From an uncultured Actinomycetes bacterium (lineage in GTDB: Bacteria; Actinomycetota; Thermoleophilia; RBG-16-64-13), in NCBI GenBank assembly GCA_963706025.1, contig CAVPLM010000004.1, positions 1 through 64,000 of the forward strand: DNA of 64,000 nucleotides, written 5' to 3'. The first letter of the stretch is position 1. Every line of letters starts with the position of its first letter. Below, piece after piece: positions 28,353-41,035 of the stretch. A model generated the notes under the pieces. It searched no databases and had not been told where the DNA came from. It worked only from the letters and a program-made list of their open reading frames with translations. A program made the position numbers and the translations under genes.

Positions 28353-31300
28353 CTATCGGTACCAGAGGATGTGGTTGGCCTCCAGGGGCACGGCGACACC
28401 CGCGTGCCATGGCACCACCCGGGGCGTGTAGTCGCTCGCGGGCCGGTTGGCCGGTATGAGCGTTCGTAGCGTCCAGGATCCGCGAGAACGGGGCCCCTTC
28501 TTGAGCGCGCTCACGTCGGTGATGAGGACATGCCGCTCCGGGACGTCTCCCTCCACCGGCTCGGCGTAGAGCTCGACCGAGACCGCGCCCGGCGGGATGT
28601 TCCCCAGGGCGACCTCGACCCTGAATGAGTGCGTCTGGCCCTTCGGCCCGGCGACGGTCTCCACGGAGTAATCCAGGAAGGCGATCTCACTCCAGTGTCT
28701 GTCGAGGAGCGTGCGCCAGGCCTCGATGTCGACGGCGACCGTGTTCACAGCGAGACCCTGCACGGCCGGCGCGGGCGCTTCCACGGTCGCCTTGTGCGAC
28801 GCGGTCTCACTGGGCTCCGCGGCCGCGAGGCCAGATGCGGTCTCACTCGGCTCGGCGGCCGCTTGGCCCGATGCGGTCTCGCCCGGCAAGGCGGCCGCGA
28901 GGCCGGCCGGCAGGGAGCGGGCGCCGGTGCGCTCCCGATAGGCCGCTGCCCCGGGCAGGTAGTATCGCTCCAGGTAGTCCTTCATCATCCGGTTGGTGGA
29001 GTACTCGGGCGCCAGGCGGGCCATGCTCTCCCGCACCCGGGCGATCCAGCGCCGGGGGATCCCCTGCTCGTCACGATCGTAGAACTCGGGGATGATCTCG
29101 TTCTCCAGCAGATCGTAGAGACGCTCGGCCTCGATCGCATCCCAGGCTGGGTCGGAGTCATGCTCCAGGCCATCTCCCAGAGCCCAACCCACATCGGGGG
29201 CATAGGCTTCAGCCCACCAGCCGTCCAACTCGGAGAGGTTCAGACCACCGTTTGCAAGGACCTTCATGCCGCTGGTGCCGCTTGCTTCCCAGGGGCGGCG
29301 GGGCGTGTTGATCCACACGTCGGCCCCGTGAACCAGGTGCTCGGCGATGCCCATGTCGTAGTCGACCAGGAAGATGACATGCGGACGTACGTTGCAGCGG
29401 CGGATGAACTCGGTCCACTGCCTGATCATCGCCTTACCCGCGGTGTCGGCCGGATGGGCCTTGCCGGAAAGCACCAGCTGCACTTTGCTCTCTGGGGCAC
29501 AAAGCATGCGCTCCAGCCGGTCGGGATCGTGCAGCAGCAGGTTCACCCGCTTGTAGCTGGTGAAGCGCCGGGCGAAGCCCAGGGTGAGCACGGCCGGGTC
29601 GCACAAGCAGGTGATATCGGAGGTCAGGGTCTCGAGACTGCCTGCGACCGGGCCCTGTCGTTCGACGTGCTCGCGCGCTACGGTGATGAGCTTCCGACGG
29701 TTGGCGTCACGGAACTCCCACAGTTCCTCGTCGCTGGCCTGCCGGATCAGGTCCCCCAGACCCTCCAGTCCGGAGAGCCAACGGCCCTTCTCGCAGATCC
29801 TGGTCCAGAGGGTGTCGGCTTCCTTCGAATCCCAGGAAGGGACGTGGATGCCGTTCGTGACATGGCCCACCGGGACCTCGCGGCGCGGCCAACGGGGGAA
29901 TAGCGACTGGAACAGGCCGCGACTCACCTCGCCGTGGAGGCGGCTGACCCCATTGACGGCTCCACTGCCCCGGATGGCCAGATAGGCCATGTTGAAGGGC
30001 TCGGCGCCGTGGCCGTCCGGCGCGCCCTGGACCGAGGCGCCGTCGCCCGAGAGGCCGCTGATCGAGGAGCCGCCACCCGAGGTCTGGGCGTTCGGCGAGC
30101 ACTCAACTGAGGCGGCGCCACCCGGGGCACCGGGGCGGTACACCGGGCCGCAGATCACCGGGGCCGGGCATCGACCCAATGCCAGCAGCTCATCGATTGT
30201 GATACCAAGTTCGCTCGCATACTCTGAAAGGTACTCGGACACCAACCCGGGCGGGAAACGATCGAAGCCGGCTTCCACCGGCGTATGGGTGGTAAAAAGG
30301 TTCCCGGCTCTCGTGGCGGTGAGGGCCACCTCGAAGCTGACTCCCTGGTCCTCCATGTAACAGCGCGCCCGCTCCAGGACGGCAAGGGCGGCGTGGCCCT
30401 CGTTGAGGTGGCACACTTCCGGCTCAATCCCCAGCTCGCGCAGCAGGCGCCAGCCGCCGATGCCCAGGATCATCTCCTGCTGCAGGCGCATCTCGGGACC
30501 GCCGCCGTAGAGCTCGCTCGTGATGCCCCGGTCGGCCGGGCTGTTCATCAGATCGTTGGCGTCGAGCAGGTAGAGCTCGACCCGGCCGGCAAGGACTTTC
30601 CACACGCGCAGGTGCACCGGTCGCCGGGGAAACTGGAGGTCGACGCTCACCCACTCGCCGTCGTCATCGCGCAGCGGCATGATGGGGAGCTGTCCGGGAT
30701 CGTTGTAAGGGAAGATCTCGATCTGGTCGCCATCCGCGCTCAGTGCCTGCCGGAAGTAGCCCTGCTGCCAGAGCAGCCCCACACCCACCACGGGGACACC
30801 CAGGTCGCTGGCCGCCTTGAGGAAATCGCCGGCCAGGATGCCCAGGCCGCCGCTGTAGATGGGCAGGGCCTCGCTCAGGCCGAACTCCATGCTGAAGTAG
30901 GCGACGGGGCCGAGGGGTGGACCCGCGGCAGCGCCCGGCCGACGGGCGCGGCCGCCCGGCACGGCGGCGCCGCCCGTTACGGGCGTGGGGGCGCCGGGGG
31001 CCGACGCCGGCCGCTTCGGCCTCTGCCGGGCCGAGGCCGGCCATTGACGCCGACTTGGGCGAGCCCTCGACTGCGGGCGGGGCGGCGCCGAGGGCCGACG
31101 CCGTCCGTTCGGCCTCTGCCGGGCTGGTCGAGGGCGGCTCGGCCGGAGGGGCGCCGAGCTGGCCGGCCGGCCGGGGGGCCGCCGGACTGCTTGGGGCCTC
31201 GGCTGAGAGCGCCGTCGCCCCGTAAGTTTGCTCGAACCAGGTGGAGGCCTCGAGGGTCTCGCGCCGCGACTGCAGGTGTCGCTCGAGTAGCTCGAGGAAC

Positions 31301-31515
31301 TCGGGATTGGCTGCGAACTCCTCCAACCTGGTCTGGGCGATCGTCTGCAGGATATGCCAAGGGTTGTGGGTCGCCTCCCACAATTCGGGCGCCAGACGCT
31401 CCCACAGCTCGTCGGAGGAGTGGCTCCACGACCAACGCATATCGAGGGCTAGGTCCACCAGCCCTTTCAAGGCGTCAGGCACGGTGGGCAGCGCGTAGCG
31501 GGGTTGAGCGGTCAT
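28353..31515 (-). CDS. glgP: Alpha-glucan (glycogen/maltodextrin) phosphorylase with low-complexity insertions (frameshift near 30960)
   Basis: LALDMRWSW...HNPW N-domain; VAYFSMEFG, YSGGLGILAGD, HLNEGH, NGVSRLHG, FARRFTSYKR, EASGTSGMK PLP site; AGGAGG RBS. Confidence 0.92.
28798..28882. repeat. 36-bp coding tandem repeat inside glgP
   Basis: Encodes ETASGQAAAEPS-ETASGLAAAEPS-ETAS. Confidence 0.75.
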
Positions 31516-31712
31516 CTTGGACCTCCTGGGTGCGGCCGCCGGGCAGCCCACCCGGCCGCCGCCGATCGGAGCACGGTCGACCACCGGGCGCGGTGGCAAA
31601 GAGCTCGGGTGCACCGTGGACCTTCACGGTGGCGGGGGACTTGGCCGTATCGCGCACCTTCACGGTGTACCAAGCCTCGGAGCGCTGAGTCGGGTAAGCT
31701 GGTCACACGACG

Positions 31713-34040
31713 ATGGTAACCCATAACCGACATCCGCAATCCCCGGATCCGCTCTTGGCGGAGCTTGCCCGCCTGTATGGGGTTCAGTTGGCCTATCGGG
31801 ACTCCAAGGGCCGGTGGCGCGAATCGCCGCTGGAGAGCGTGGTGCTGGTGCTGCGCGCGCTGGGGGCGGAGCTGGGCGATGGGGGCGCCGCCGACCCGCT
31901 TCGCGGCGTGACGCCGGCTCGGATGGCTGCCGCCATCGCGGAGCGGAAGCGGGAGCTCTGGAGCCGGGTGGTGGAGCCGGTGATCGTGGCCTGGGAGGGG
32001 AAGCTGCCGCCGATGACTGTGCGGCTGCCGGTGGGTCCGAGCCGCTCGGCAGCTTCCAGCGGGCTCAGAGGAGGGGGCCTGAAGGTCACACTGCTTCTGG
32101 AAGAAGGCGTCCGAGCTCCTGGGATGTGCCCTGGGACACTCTGGAGACAGTGGGAGAGGAGGCGGTCGGCCGAGCCGGTTCGCGGCTTACCGGCTACCCA
32201 ACCTCAGAGAGGAAGCGAGGCGATTGCCATATGGCTATCACCGGCTGATCGTCGAGGCAGCCGGACGGGTGGCGGAGGCGACAGTGATCTCGGCGCCGCG
32301 GCGGTGTTGGGGACCTGGGTCCCGCCGGGCGGAGGGTTTCATGGGGGGGGAGACCCTGCGAGTGACCACCTACATGCCCTGCCGGATATCATGGTCTCGC
32401 GGGCGGGAAGACCTGGGGATGTTCGCCCCCCTCTATGCTCTGCGGAGTGAACGCGACTGGGGGGCAGGTGATCTTGCCGATCTGGGAGGTTTGGCCGCTG
32501 GGTGGCCGAGCAGGGAGGGTCGGTTGTCGCCACTTTGCCTCTAATGGCAAGCTATCTTGATCGTCCCTTCGATCCGACGCCCTATCGACCTGTCAGCCGC
32601 CTTTTCTGGAACGAGTTCTATCTGGCTGTCGGACGAGATCGAGGAGTGGGACATTTGCCAAGCTGCGCGCCGAGCTGTGGGGCAGCAGCGAGGTGCAGGC
32701 TCGACTAGGCGTCCTTCGCGGGGAACCTATGGTCGATTATCGCGGAGGTCATGGCTCTCAAGCGACGGGTGTTGGAGGAGTTGGGCGCGTGTTTCTTCAG
32801 AGCGGGACCCGCGGCGGCAAGAGGGCTTTTGTTGCCTACCTGCGCGACCATCCACTGCCGAGGAATACGCGGCTTTCCGGGCCCGGTCGGAGACGGTCGG
32901 CCGGGAAGGAGAACGTGGCCGACCATTGGGCTCTGAGCGGGCGGGGACCCGGCCGAGAGGTTCGCCGCGGCGCACTATCATCTCTACTGTCAATGGCAGA
33001 TGGAGGAACAACTAACCCAGCTTTCCGGGGACCGCGGCTCGCGTGGGCCGAGCGCGTCATGCCCGATGACGGCCCCTCGCAGGATCCGCCGCGGGGTGGT
33101 CCCGCAGCCGGGCCTTACCCGGGGCTCTGCTTGGATCTGCCTCTGGGCGTACACCCGGTGGGTTCGATACCTGGAGGTGGCCGGAGCTGTTCGCCGAAGG
33201 GATGTCGATCGGGGCTCCACCCGACGACTTCTTCGCTCGTGGTCAGGATTGGGCCATCCCCCCCCTTCATCCTGAGCGGATCCGCGAACAGGGTCACCGC
33301 TACTTTGCCTCCTGTCTCCGGACTCAGATGCGCCACGGCGGCTACCTGCGCATCGATCACGTCATGTCTCTACATCGTCTGTTCTGGGTCCCCGCGGGAG
33401 CTGAGCCGGTCGATGGCGTCTATGTCGAGTACCCAGCGGATGAGCTGTACGCGGTGCTGTGTCTGGAATCTCAGCGACACCGCACGATGGTCACGGGCGA
33501 AGATCTGGGGACCTTCCGCCCGGGGTGCGCCGGCCATGAGGCGACACGGGGTACTCCGCACCTGGGTCTTCCAGGCCTCACTTCGACCCCGAACCGTTGC
33601 GCCTGTGCCCCGTGCCACCGAGAGCCGTGGCCGTTCTGAACACGCACGACATGTTCCCGCTGGCAGGGTTTCTGCGGGGAGAGGACATCCTTGCCCGTTT
33701 GAGACAGGACAACTCGACCGCGAGCGCGCGCGCCGCGAGCTGGCGGCGCGCGCCCGCCTGGTGGCAAGGCTGAGGTCCTTGTTCTCCAACCGACCAGGGT
33801 GAGGCTGGTCTCCTTCGTGCGGTGCTGGCCTGGCTCGCCGTCGGCGATAGTGAGCTGGCACTGGTGAATCTAGAGGATCTCCTCTCTGGAAGCACGTCCT
33901 CAGAATATGCCTGGTACGGGCTGGGAGACAGGGAATTGGCAAAGGAAGCTGGGGGTCGGCCTAGAAGGCCTCTTCGCCGCAGATGGGATCCTGACGCGGA
34001 ATGCGCGCGTCTCAAGCAGAATGGCCGGATGGACGAATAA
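31713..34040 (+). CDS. malQ: 4-alpha-glucanotransferase (amylomaltase), heavily frameshifted
   Basis: LARLYGVQLAY, PYGYHRL, PLYALRSERDWGAGDLADL, PYRPVSRLFWNE, LDLPLGVH, GAPPDDFFARGQDW, LRIDHVMSLHRLFWVP, GEDLGT, NTHDM, VNLEDL. Confidence 0.85.
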
Positions 34041-34090
34041 AGGTATCATCTAGCACAGTGATCCAGGGGAAACAGGGAGCTAGGCGGGGA

Positions 34091-35700
34091 ATGGTCGATT
34101 CTTCCGCAGATCAGACTGCACAGAGCGTTGACATCGCGCGAGCTCTGCGCACCTTCAGGGACCGAAAGTGGGTCATCGTCGCTTTTGGGCTCTTGGTCTC
34201 GCTAGTGCCCTTGTCCTTTCGCTGCTGACCACTCCCCAGTATGAGGCGACGGCGAAGATACTGTGGCAGAACACCACACTCGATCGGGCGTTGTTCGACG
34301 CGCAGATCTTCCAGATCAGTGATCAAGAGCGGGCGCTACTCACGGGCGCGGACCTCGTCGAGCTGGACCAGGTGGCGGAGAAGGTCAAGCAGGAAACCGG
34401 GAGCTCACGATCGATCGAGTCCTTACAGCGCATGGTGACAGTCAAACCGAACTCATCCGCGAATATCATCGATATCTTGGCGCGGAGTGCAATCCGGTCG
34501 AGCCTGCGGACGTGGCGAATTCGTTCGCTCGTCAATTCATCTTATACCGTCAGCAGGCTGATCGGGCGGTCTTGGCCAATGCCAGGGCACAGGTTGAGGC
34601 CAACTTGAGGCCATGACAGAGGCCGAGGCTGCCTCAGCGAGGGGCCAGACCCTCAGCCAGAAGGTGGAAGAGCTGGCCGTTCTTGAGTCGATGCAGACCG
34701 GTGGATACGAGTTGGCCGAAACCGCAAAGGCGCCAACCGTCGCTTTCAACATACACACCAATCGCAACGCTGTGATCGGGCTCATCTTGGGTCTTGTTCT
34801 CGGCGTGATTGTGGCCTCGATTCTCCAAGTCTTCGACAAGCGCATCAAAGATGAAGACACCTTCGAGACAGAGTTCGGTGTTCCGGTTATCGCGAGCATC
34901 CCGTTGGTCGGCAAGAAGTGGAGCCGGGTCACGGAAAGCGTTCACGTGCTGCGGTCGGGTACGAGAGCGTGGCTATCTTTCGCTCGAGGCCTTTCGAACG
35001 CTGCGTTCGAATCTCAAGTTCTTCGAGGTTGAGAAGGAACTGAAGACGATCCTCGTTACGAGTCCCTTGCCGCGTGAAGGGAAGTCGGTGACTTCGGTGA
35101 ACCTTGCTCTAGCCCTGGCAATGTCGGGTTCCCGGGTGATACTCCTCGAGGCCGATCTACGGAGGCCGATGCTCGACAAGTACCTTGGCCTGGACAGCGG
35201 CAGGGGCTTCACAGATTTGTTGGCCGGCACGCGCTCGATCGCCGAGGTCGTCCAAATCGTGGAGACAGATCGGTTCCTTCCTCGAGCATGATGCCCGCAT
35301 CGGTAGCGCTGGAGCGAACGCTGAACGCTCATCTAAGAGAGACCTTTTGTACGTGGCAGCCGGTCCTTTTCCCCCAACCCGGCCGAGTTGCTGGCAACAT
35401 GTCGAACGACCGAGGTGTTGAAACAACTCATGGCCGTCTGCGATCACGTCGTGATCGATGCTCCGCCGATCCTGCCGGTGTCGGACGCGCTGGAGATCGC
35501 CAAGAAAGTGGACGGCGTCATGGTGGTCGGCCGGATGCGGGCTACTCGTGTCGATGAGGCGCGAAGACCGACAGAGTCTGGAGAGGATCGGCGTCAAGCC
35601 CTTAGGCGTCATCGTTGCCGGAGTGCGGGGCGCCAAGGCTTACTATCGCCGCTATCGGGGGCTACTACGCAACCGGGCCTAGGATCCGCGTTCGTTCGCG
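34091..35700 (+). CDS. Polysaccharide chain-length regulator / tyrosine autokinase (Wzc/CpsCD-like), frameshifted
   Basis: TPQYEATAKI, GLILGLVLGV, EAFRTLRSNL, VTSPLPREGKS, LEADLRRP, VIDAPPILPVSDA, Tyr-containing tail. Confidence 0.85.
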
Positions 35701-35728
35701 CGAAGGACGCAGCTGCAAGGGAGAGAGC

Positions 35729-36946
35729 ATGCGCCGACTGAGCCTCTTCTTGTTTCTGATCTTCGTGTTCACCGTGCCCTGGGAAAAACGCCCTGAGCCA
35801 TCGGCGGAAGCAAGACTTGACAGTCTCATCGGTATTGTTGCCCTGGTGGTTGCCCTCATCACCTGTCTTCTCGAAGGCAAGGTGGCGAAGCCTTCGGCCT
35901 TCGTCTTCGCCTTCGGTGTACTCGTAGCATGGCAATTGGCGACCTACTTCTGGAGCGTGGATCCGGTCTCGACGCTGGCTAGAACGATCACGATGGTCCA
36001 GTTGCTGGCCATGGTTTGGCTCGTCTCGGAACTGTGCACCAGTGAGCGGGAGAGGCTGCAGATGATGCAGGCTTTCGTCGTCGGGTGCGTCGTTGTTTGC
36101 CTGGTGCTCATCCAGGCTTACCTCTCAGGTCATTCTGGGGGAGGATTCCGCTACGCGCCCGCCAACTTCAACCCGAACGAGTCCGCGGATATGATCGCAA
36201 TCGGGATACCCATGGCCCTGCTCGTCGCGACTTCACGCAGCGGCGGTATCCTGCGATGGCTCAACCTCGCCTACATTCCTTTGGGCATCTTCGCCGTCGT
36301 TCTTACCGCGTCGCGGAGCGGATTCATCGCTACATGTCTGGGTCTATGAGCGTGTTCTTCGCGCTACGTCAAGCCAGACCGGTATACCGACTGGTCTGGT
36401 CGGCGATAATCCTCGCGGCGTTTGCAGCGCTTGTTCTTCGGCTTGCCGGTCAGCAAGGGTCTTGAGACCAACATACAGCGCATAACCTTCTCTGCAGACA
36501 CGGAGTCACTGAGCACGCTCACCGGTCGCACAGAAATATGGTCGGCAGGTCTGGAGATGTTCGCTGACCATCCGGTGGCGGGTATGGGGGCAAACACTTT
36601 CACGAATGCGGCAGAGTCTCTTCTGGGGAAGCGGCACGCGGCGCACAACATCTGGGTTCAAACTGCGGCCGAGACCGGGATCATCGGTCTGGTCCTGCTG
36701 TTCACGACTCTGGTGACGGCTTTCTTACCTGCTGTGAAGTGGCGGGACTTCCGTCTGGGCTTCCACGTCGTCCTCTTCCTCGTTCTGATGACAGCCTCAT
36801 TCGTTGCCAATCTGATTGATGACAAAGGCGTCTGGATCGGGCTGGCCATTCTCTCTGCTACCGCGGCACTTCCTGCGAGACAGCGTGTCGCCGAACCCAG
36901 CCACGAGGAGGTCGACACCTCGACCCCCGTCATGGAAAGCGGTTAG
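35729..36946 (+). CDS. O-antigen ligase / Wzy polymerase family membrane protein (frameshift near 36340-36435)
   Basis: Multi-TM; NPNESA, LTASRSG, LTGRTEIW, HPVAGMG, AHNIWVQTAAETGIIG. Confidence 0.85.
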
Positions 36947-36973
36947 TCCGACTATGGCGATTCGACCCGGCTG

Positions 36974-38566
36974 CTACAGCAGGGTCACGTTTGTTATCTT
37001 GACGCCCGGTGCCGCACCGATCTCCGGTCCGTCGTAGGTGCCGTTCTTGATGATGCAGTCTGTCGGGATGCGGTCTGGAGCACTCGTGCACGCGAACAGA
37101 GAAGAGCCTCCTCTGGCCACGATCCCGTCGATGACAACGTTGCTCGGATCCGAGAAGGATATGCACGGGCCCGAGGCGTCAGTCTGAGTGATGGCCAAAG
37201 TGTCAAAGGTGATGTTCGCGAACCGTCCCCCTACGACCACCCCATAGCGTCCGTTCGTAGCATCTATCACCGTGTTGGTGAACGTGATGTCTCCTGACTG
37301 CCCGTCAGAGGCGTAGAGATGGAGACAATAGCCTCCGCTTCCGCTAAGGGAGATGTCCGTGAAACTCACTCGGTAGCACTCTCGCTCCACATAGACGGAG
37401 TGGTACTGATTACTGTACTCCACGGCCTCGAGATCCAGATCGACAAAGCTGGAGTCCTTGATCTTCGCCATGAACAGCGGCTGCAGACAGTCGCGGGCTA
37501 CGATATTGGTGACGACCCAGCCGCTGGCCATGGGACCAGAGCCGAGTTTCAGGCCGTAGTAGAGCCCTTCCAAGCGCAGATCGTGAGCCAAGCAGTTTTC
37601 CCCACCGGAAATGAACATGCCGCCAACTTTGCTCGCGAAGCTCGAAGCCTTGAAGATGATGCCTGAGATCTCCACGTTGGAAATGGTACCTCCCGGCCAG
37701 GAGCTCATGATAAAAGCCTCCGAGGACTGTGCCGGCATGGTGAGCACGGTCTGATCGGGGATCCCCTGAATCGTGATGTTGGACTCCAGCATCACAGTAG
37801 AGTCGACCTCGTAGGTGCCCGCTGGGATGATGATCGGACCTCCGGATTTACGGGCTCTTATTGCCCTTTGTATCGCCGGTCCGTCGTCGGTGGTCCCGTC
37901 GCCTTTGGCTCCGTAGTTGAGCACCGTCAGCGGGGGCCGATTCTCGGTCTTGACGAGGAGGTTGTACAGGATCTGTGCCACCTCGCCCCGTGTGGCTGCC
38001 CTCCTGTGTCCCAACTTGTCAGATTCTGAATGCCCTACAGGAGGCCGCTGTATTCCGCCCACCTTATGTTCCTGCCCGTGTGTCGGATTAGAACTATCCA
38101 CTAATCCGTGCCAGTCGTCGGGCGGCTTCCGGAGTAGTGACCCCGTTGCGCGGGCGACTATAGTAATCAGCTGCATCCGGGTTGTCTGCTCGAAGGGTCT
38201 GAACGAACCATCGTCGTGGCCCAGCATCAAGCCGTTGTTCGCTGCCGCTGCCGTAGTGGTACGGGTAGAGTTCTGAGAGGCTGTCGGGCACATCCGAAAA
38301 CACATGTGAGTCTTGTTCGGTTACTGCGAAACCCATGGCCAGGACGATCATCTTCGCGAGTTGCTGACGCTTGACAGGATCAGACGGCCCAAATTGCCAT
38401 TGCTGTATCCTCCGATGATGCCCAAATCCGCGATCTTGTCGATCGCGGTGAAGTACGGATGATCCGACGGAACATCGACAAACGACTGAGCACTGGCCTG
38501 ATGACCCACAACCAAGGACAGAACGAGACCTGCGAGAACCGGGGCGATTAGTCGTGTGATTCTCAC
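36974..38566 (-). CDS. Secreted SLH (x3, N-terminal) + pectate-lyase-3-like right-handed beta-helix protein (paralogue 1; frameshifted in the SLH part)
   Basis: Signal peptide ...QASA; FVDVPSDHPY..IIGGYSNG, GHDDGSFRP..TTRMQ, ATRGEVAQ; VLNYGAKGDGTTDDGPAIQRAI. Confidence 0.8.
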
Positions 38567-38689
38567 GGTCGGATCTCCTCCCTTCCTCTCAATAGCTTGG
38601 CCTGATTCGAGTCGACTGGGGGATGCAGATTCCCTCGGTGCCCCTGACCTTCTTGCGGCCGTGCTGGTCTTCATAGGCGGCCCGGTCCA

Positions 38690-39583
38690 GACGGCGCCCC
38701 CTTGGCAAAGACCCCGAAAGAACTGAAGACCACGTACTCTCCTATTGGGGGATTCGGGAGATCGCGTTGCTTATCGGATAGACGAAACCCCCGAGCCTTT
38801 CTTGAATTGATAGTTGCGTCTCCCAGGCTATCACGGTCAGTCCTGATCGAAGATGGCCTGTATGTACGCAGACAGAGTATAGTGGGTCAGTCCGCCGCGA
38901 ATGTCATCAAAGCTTGTAGCCGGGTCGGTCGGCCGGTACTTCTTGCGACGGACCGCGAACAAGGCTTCCTCGTTGAAAAGGAGTTGACACCAGGGTATAG
39001 GGAAGCGCATATAGCCGTCGGCATGGTCCGCGCCGATCGGCCCCAGCCGGAAGCCCGCCGCGAAGTTGATGATTCTGCCGTCGTCCTTGGTCAAAGCGGC
39101 CATCTTCTGAAGCGTTGCTCTCGTGTCAGGAATATGGTCGAGGGCTTCGTATGAAACGACATAGTCGAATTCTTCGCTCGTGGACCAATCGTGAAAGCTA
39201 CTCTGTACGAACTCGACGTTGCTGACCCTCAATCTCTCCGCGACAGCCCTCGCTACGGTTAAGCGCTCCCGGTCGACGTCGATCCCCACGACCCGTGCAG
39301 CCCCTCGCGTTGCAGTGTGGACGGCGAGATCACCAGTTCCACAGCCGACGTCGAGGACCGTCTTGCCTTCCCAATGAAAGTAGTCGCCGGCGTTCTCGGT
39401 GAACTTTGCGAAATCCTCGTTTGTGCAGACATAGGTCTTCTCCGAAACGGCGGATTGCGCCTTCGCGACGATCTGTTCCTCGGTCATCTTGTTGCGGTCG
39501 TGAGACAGGAGGCTCAGGATCCTCTCATCCAGGAATCTGCCGAACACCGCTTGCCCCCCGTTGTGTCGCCGCAGCACGACCAT
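38690..39583 (-). CDS. Class I SAM-dependent methyltransferase (C-terminus continues past 38837 via frameshifts)
   Basis: VLDVGCGTG, VGIDVD, FDYVVSYEALDHI; downstream frames read GLTVIAWET...ISRIP.IGEYVVFSSFGVFAK. Confidence 0.8.
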
Positions 39584-39712
39584 TCTGTTCGGCCATGATA
39601 AAGCATAATGTTCCAGTGGTCAGAATAGAGCGATTGTGGGAAACTGACAGCATGCCGGGAATGCCCTTGGCTGCTTGCACTCGTCAGTCAATAGGATCGG
39701 GACTAGTCTCAA

Positions 39713-41035
39713 ATGGCTCAGATCAAACAGATTGCAAAAGCACCTCGAGAGCCTGGTTAAGTCCTTTGGCGATTACGCCTGAGCCCACGGGATCCTCATG
39801 CAGTTCACTGCTTCTTCGACACTCTTCGGCGTGATCGGCATGATCTCAAGTTTCGTGATACTCAGGTGGGTGGCTCCGGAGGAGATGGGCCTTTGGTCCT
39901 CCCTCTTGCTCGTTCAGACCTATTCCACGTTCGTCGCAGTTGGGGGTCTTCAACGGTCTTAATCGCGAGTTGCCTTTCAGGCTAGGGGCGGGGAGACCCG
40001 CAAGCGCTCGAGCTTGTGTCGACTGCCCAAGGATTCTCCATCGTCGTTGTCTGGCCTGTGTCATGGCCGCTGCCGTGGCATCTGTCTTCGTATCCTCGGA
40101 CCCGAATGTGCGATTCGTCCTTCCGGCGGTCTTCATCGCCTCCGCGGCGCGATCTACCAGCAGTTCCTGGCGGCCACCTACAGGTCCGCGGGATCCTTTC
40201 GAAAGCTATCGACCATACTTGCTAATTGACGCCGGCGTCAGCCTGGCGACGTTGCCGCTCGTCTACTATCTCGGATATCCTGGACTTCCTTTGCGCTATC
40301 TGGTCCTGGCCTTCGCGGCCACGGGTACAAGGCATCTGTGGAGACCGTATCGGGTACCGATCCGTCTCAGACCCCCGCTATTTCTGGTTCGCTCCTGAAG
40401 GTGGGGTCCCTTTGTATGGCTTCGCATACGTTCTCGTAGTATCGGACTCGCTCCCCCGGGTGGTGCTACTTCCCCAGGGGACATTGGAGATGGTGGGGCT
40501 CTGGGCCCCGGCTGCGGCCATGATCACGCTGATGTCTCTTCTGCCGCAGTCCCTGGCCCAATACGTCTATCCCCGTATGACACATCGCTTCGGTGAGACC
40601 GGCGATCCCGGGTCTATCTGGCCGACCGCCTGGAAGACGTCGTTCGGCTTCATGGCTTTTGCCGTACCCGTGTTCTGTGGTCGGGTTCTTCTTGGTGCCT
40701 CCCCTTATCGAGGCATTCCTCCCTGAGTACGTTCGGGCGCGATTGACGCCGTGCGATGGACTCTGCTTGCAGGATTGTCTCTCGGGGCATCGATATCCAG
40801 CATGGCGTTGAATAGTCTGAAGGCCTGGCGGTGGATGTCTGTCTTCGCTGCCAGTCGCGCCTTGACCAGCTTCATGCTCCCCCTTCTGTTCTTTGGCCTA
40901 TTTATAACAAGGTCGAGGGCGTGGCATGTCGGCTACGCCATAGGGACCATGATTAGTGTTCTTTGTTGGCCTAGCATGCATTCACAGGGCGACGATGTGT
41001 CCGAAGGAGGGCCCGGCGGGTGTTCAGCCGTGTGA
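39713..41035 (+). CDS. wzx: Wzx-type oligosaccharide flippase (heavily frameshifted)
   Basis: LGVFNGLNRELP, continuous hydrophobic segments, LPQSLAQYVYPRM, position in the polysaccharide locus. Confidence 0.65.

Noticed and set aside
26453-28399. 648-aa minus-strand ORF and other long shadow ORFs (e.g. 52547-54142, 30285-31688, 28629-29903)
   Set aside because: Antisense to well-supported genes in high-GC DNA; no recognisable motifs
30005-30170. glgP insertion as a possible intein
   Set aside because: Too short, low complexity, no HN-[CST] splice junction
38660-38800. TCCGATAA sigma28-like -10 and TGGTCTTCA/TGAAGACCA inverted repeat upstream of SLH paralogue 1
   Set aside because: No -35 at the right spacing, and the region probably encodes the frameshifted C-terminus of the methyltransferase
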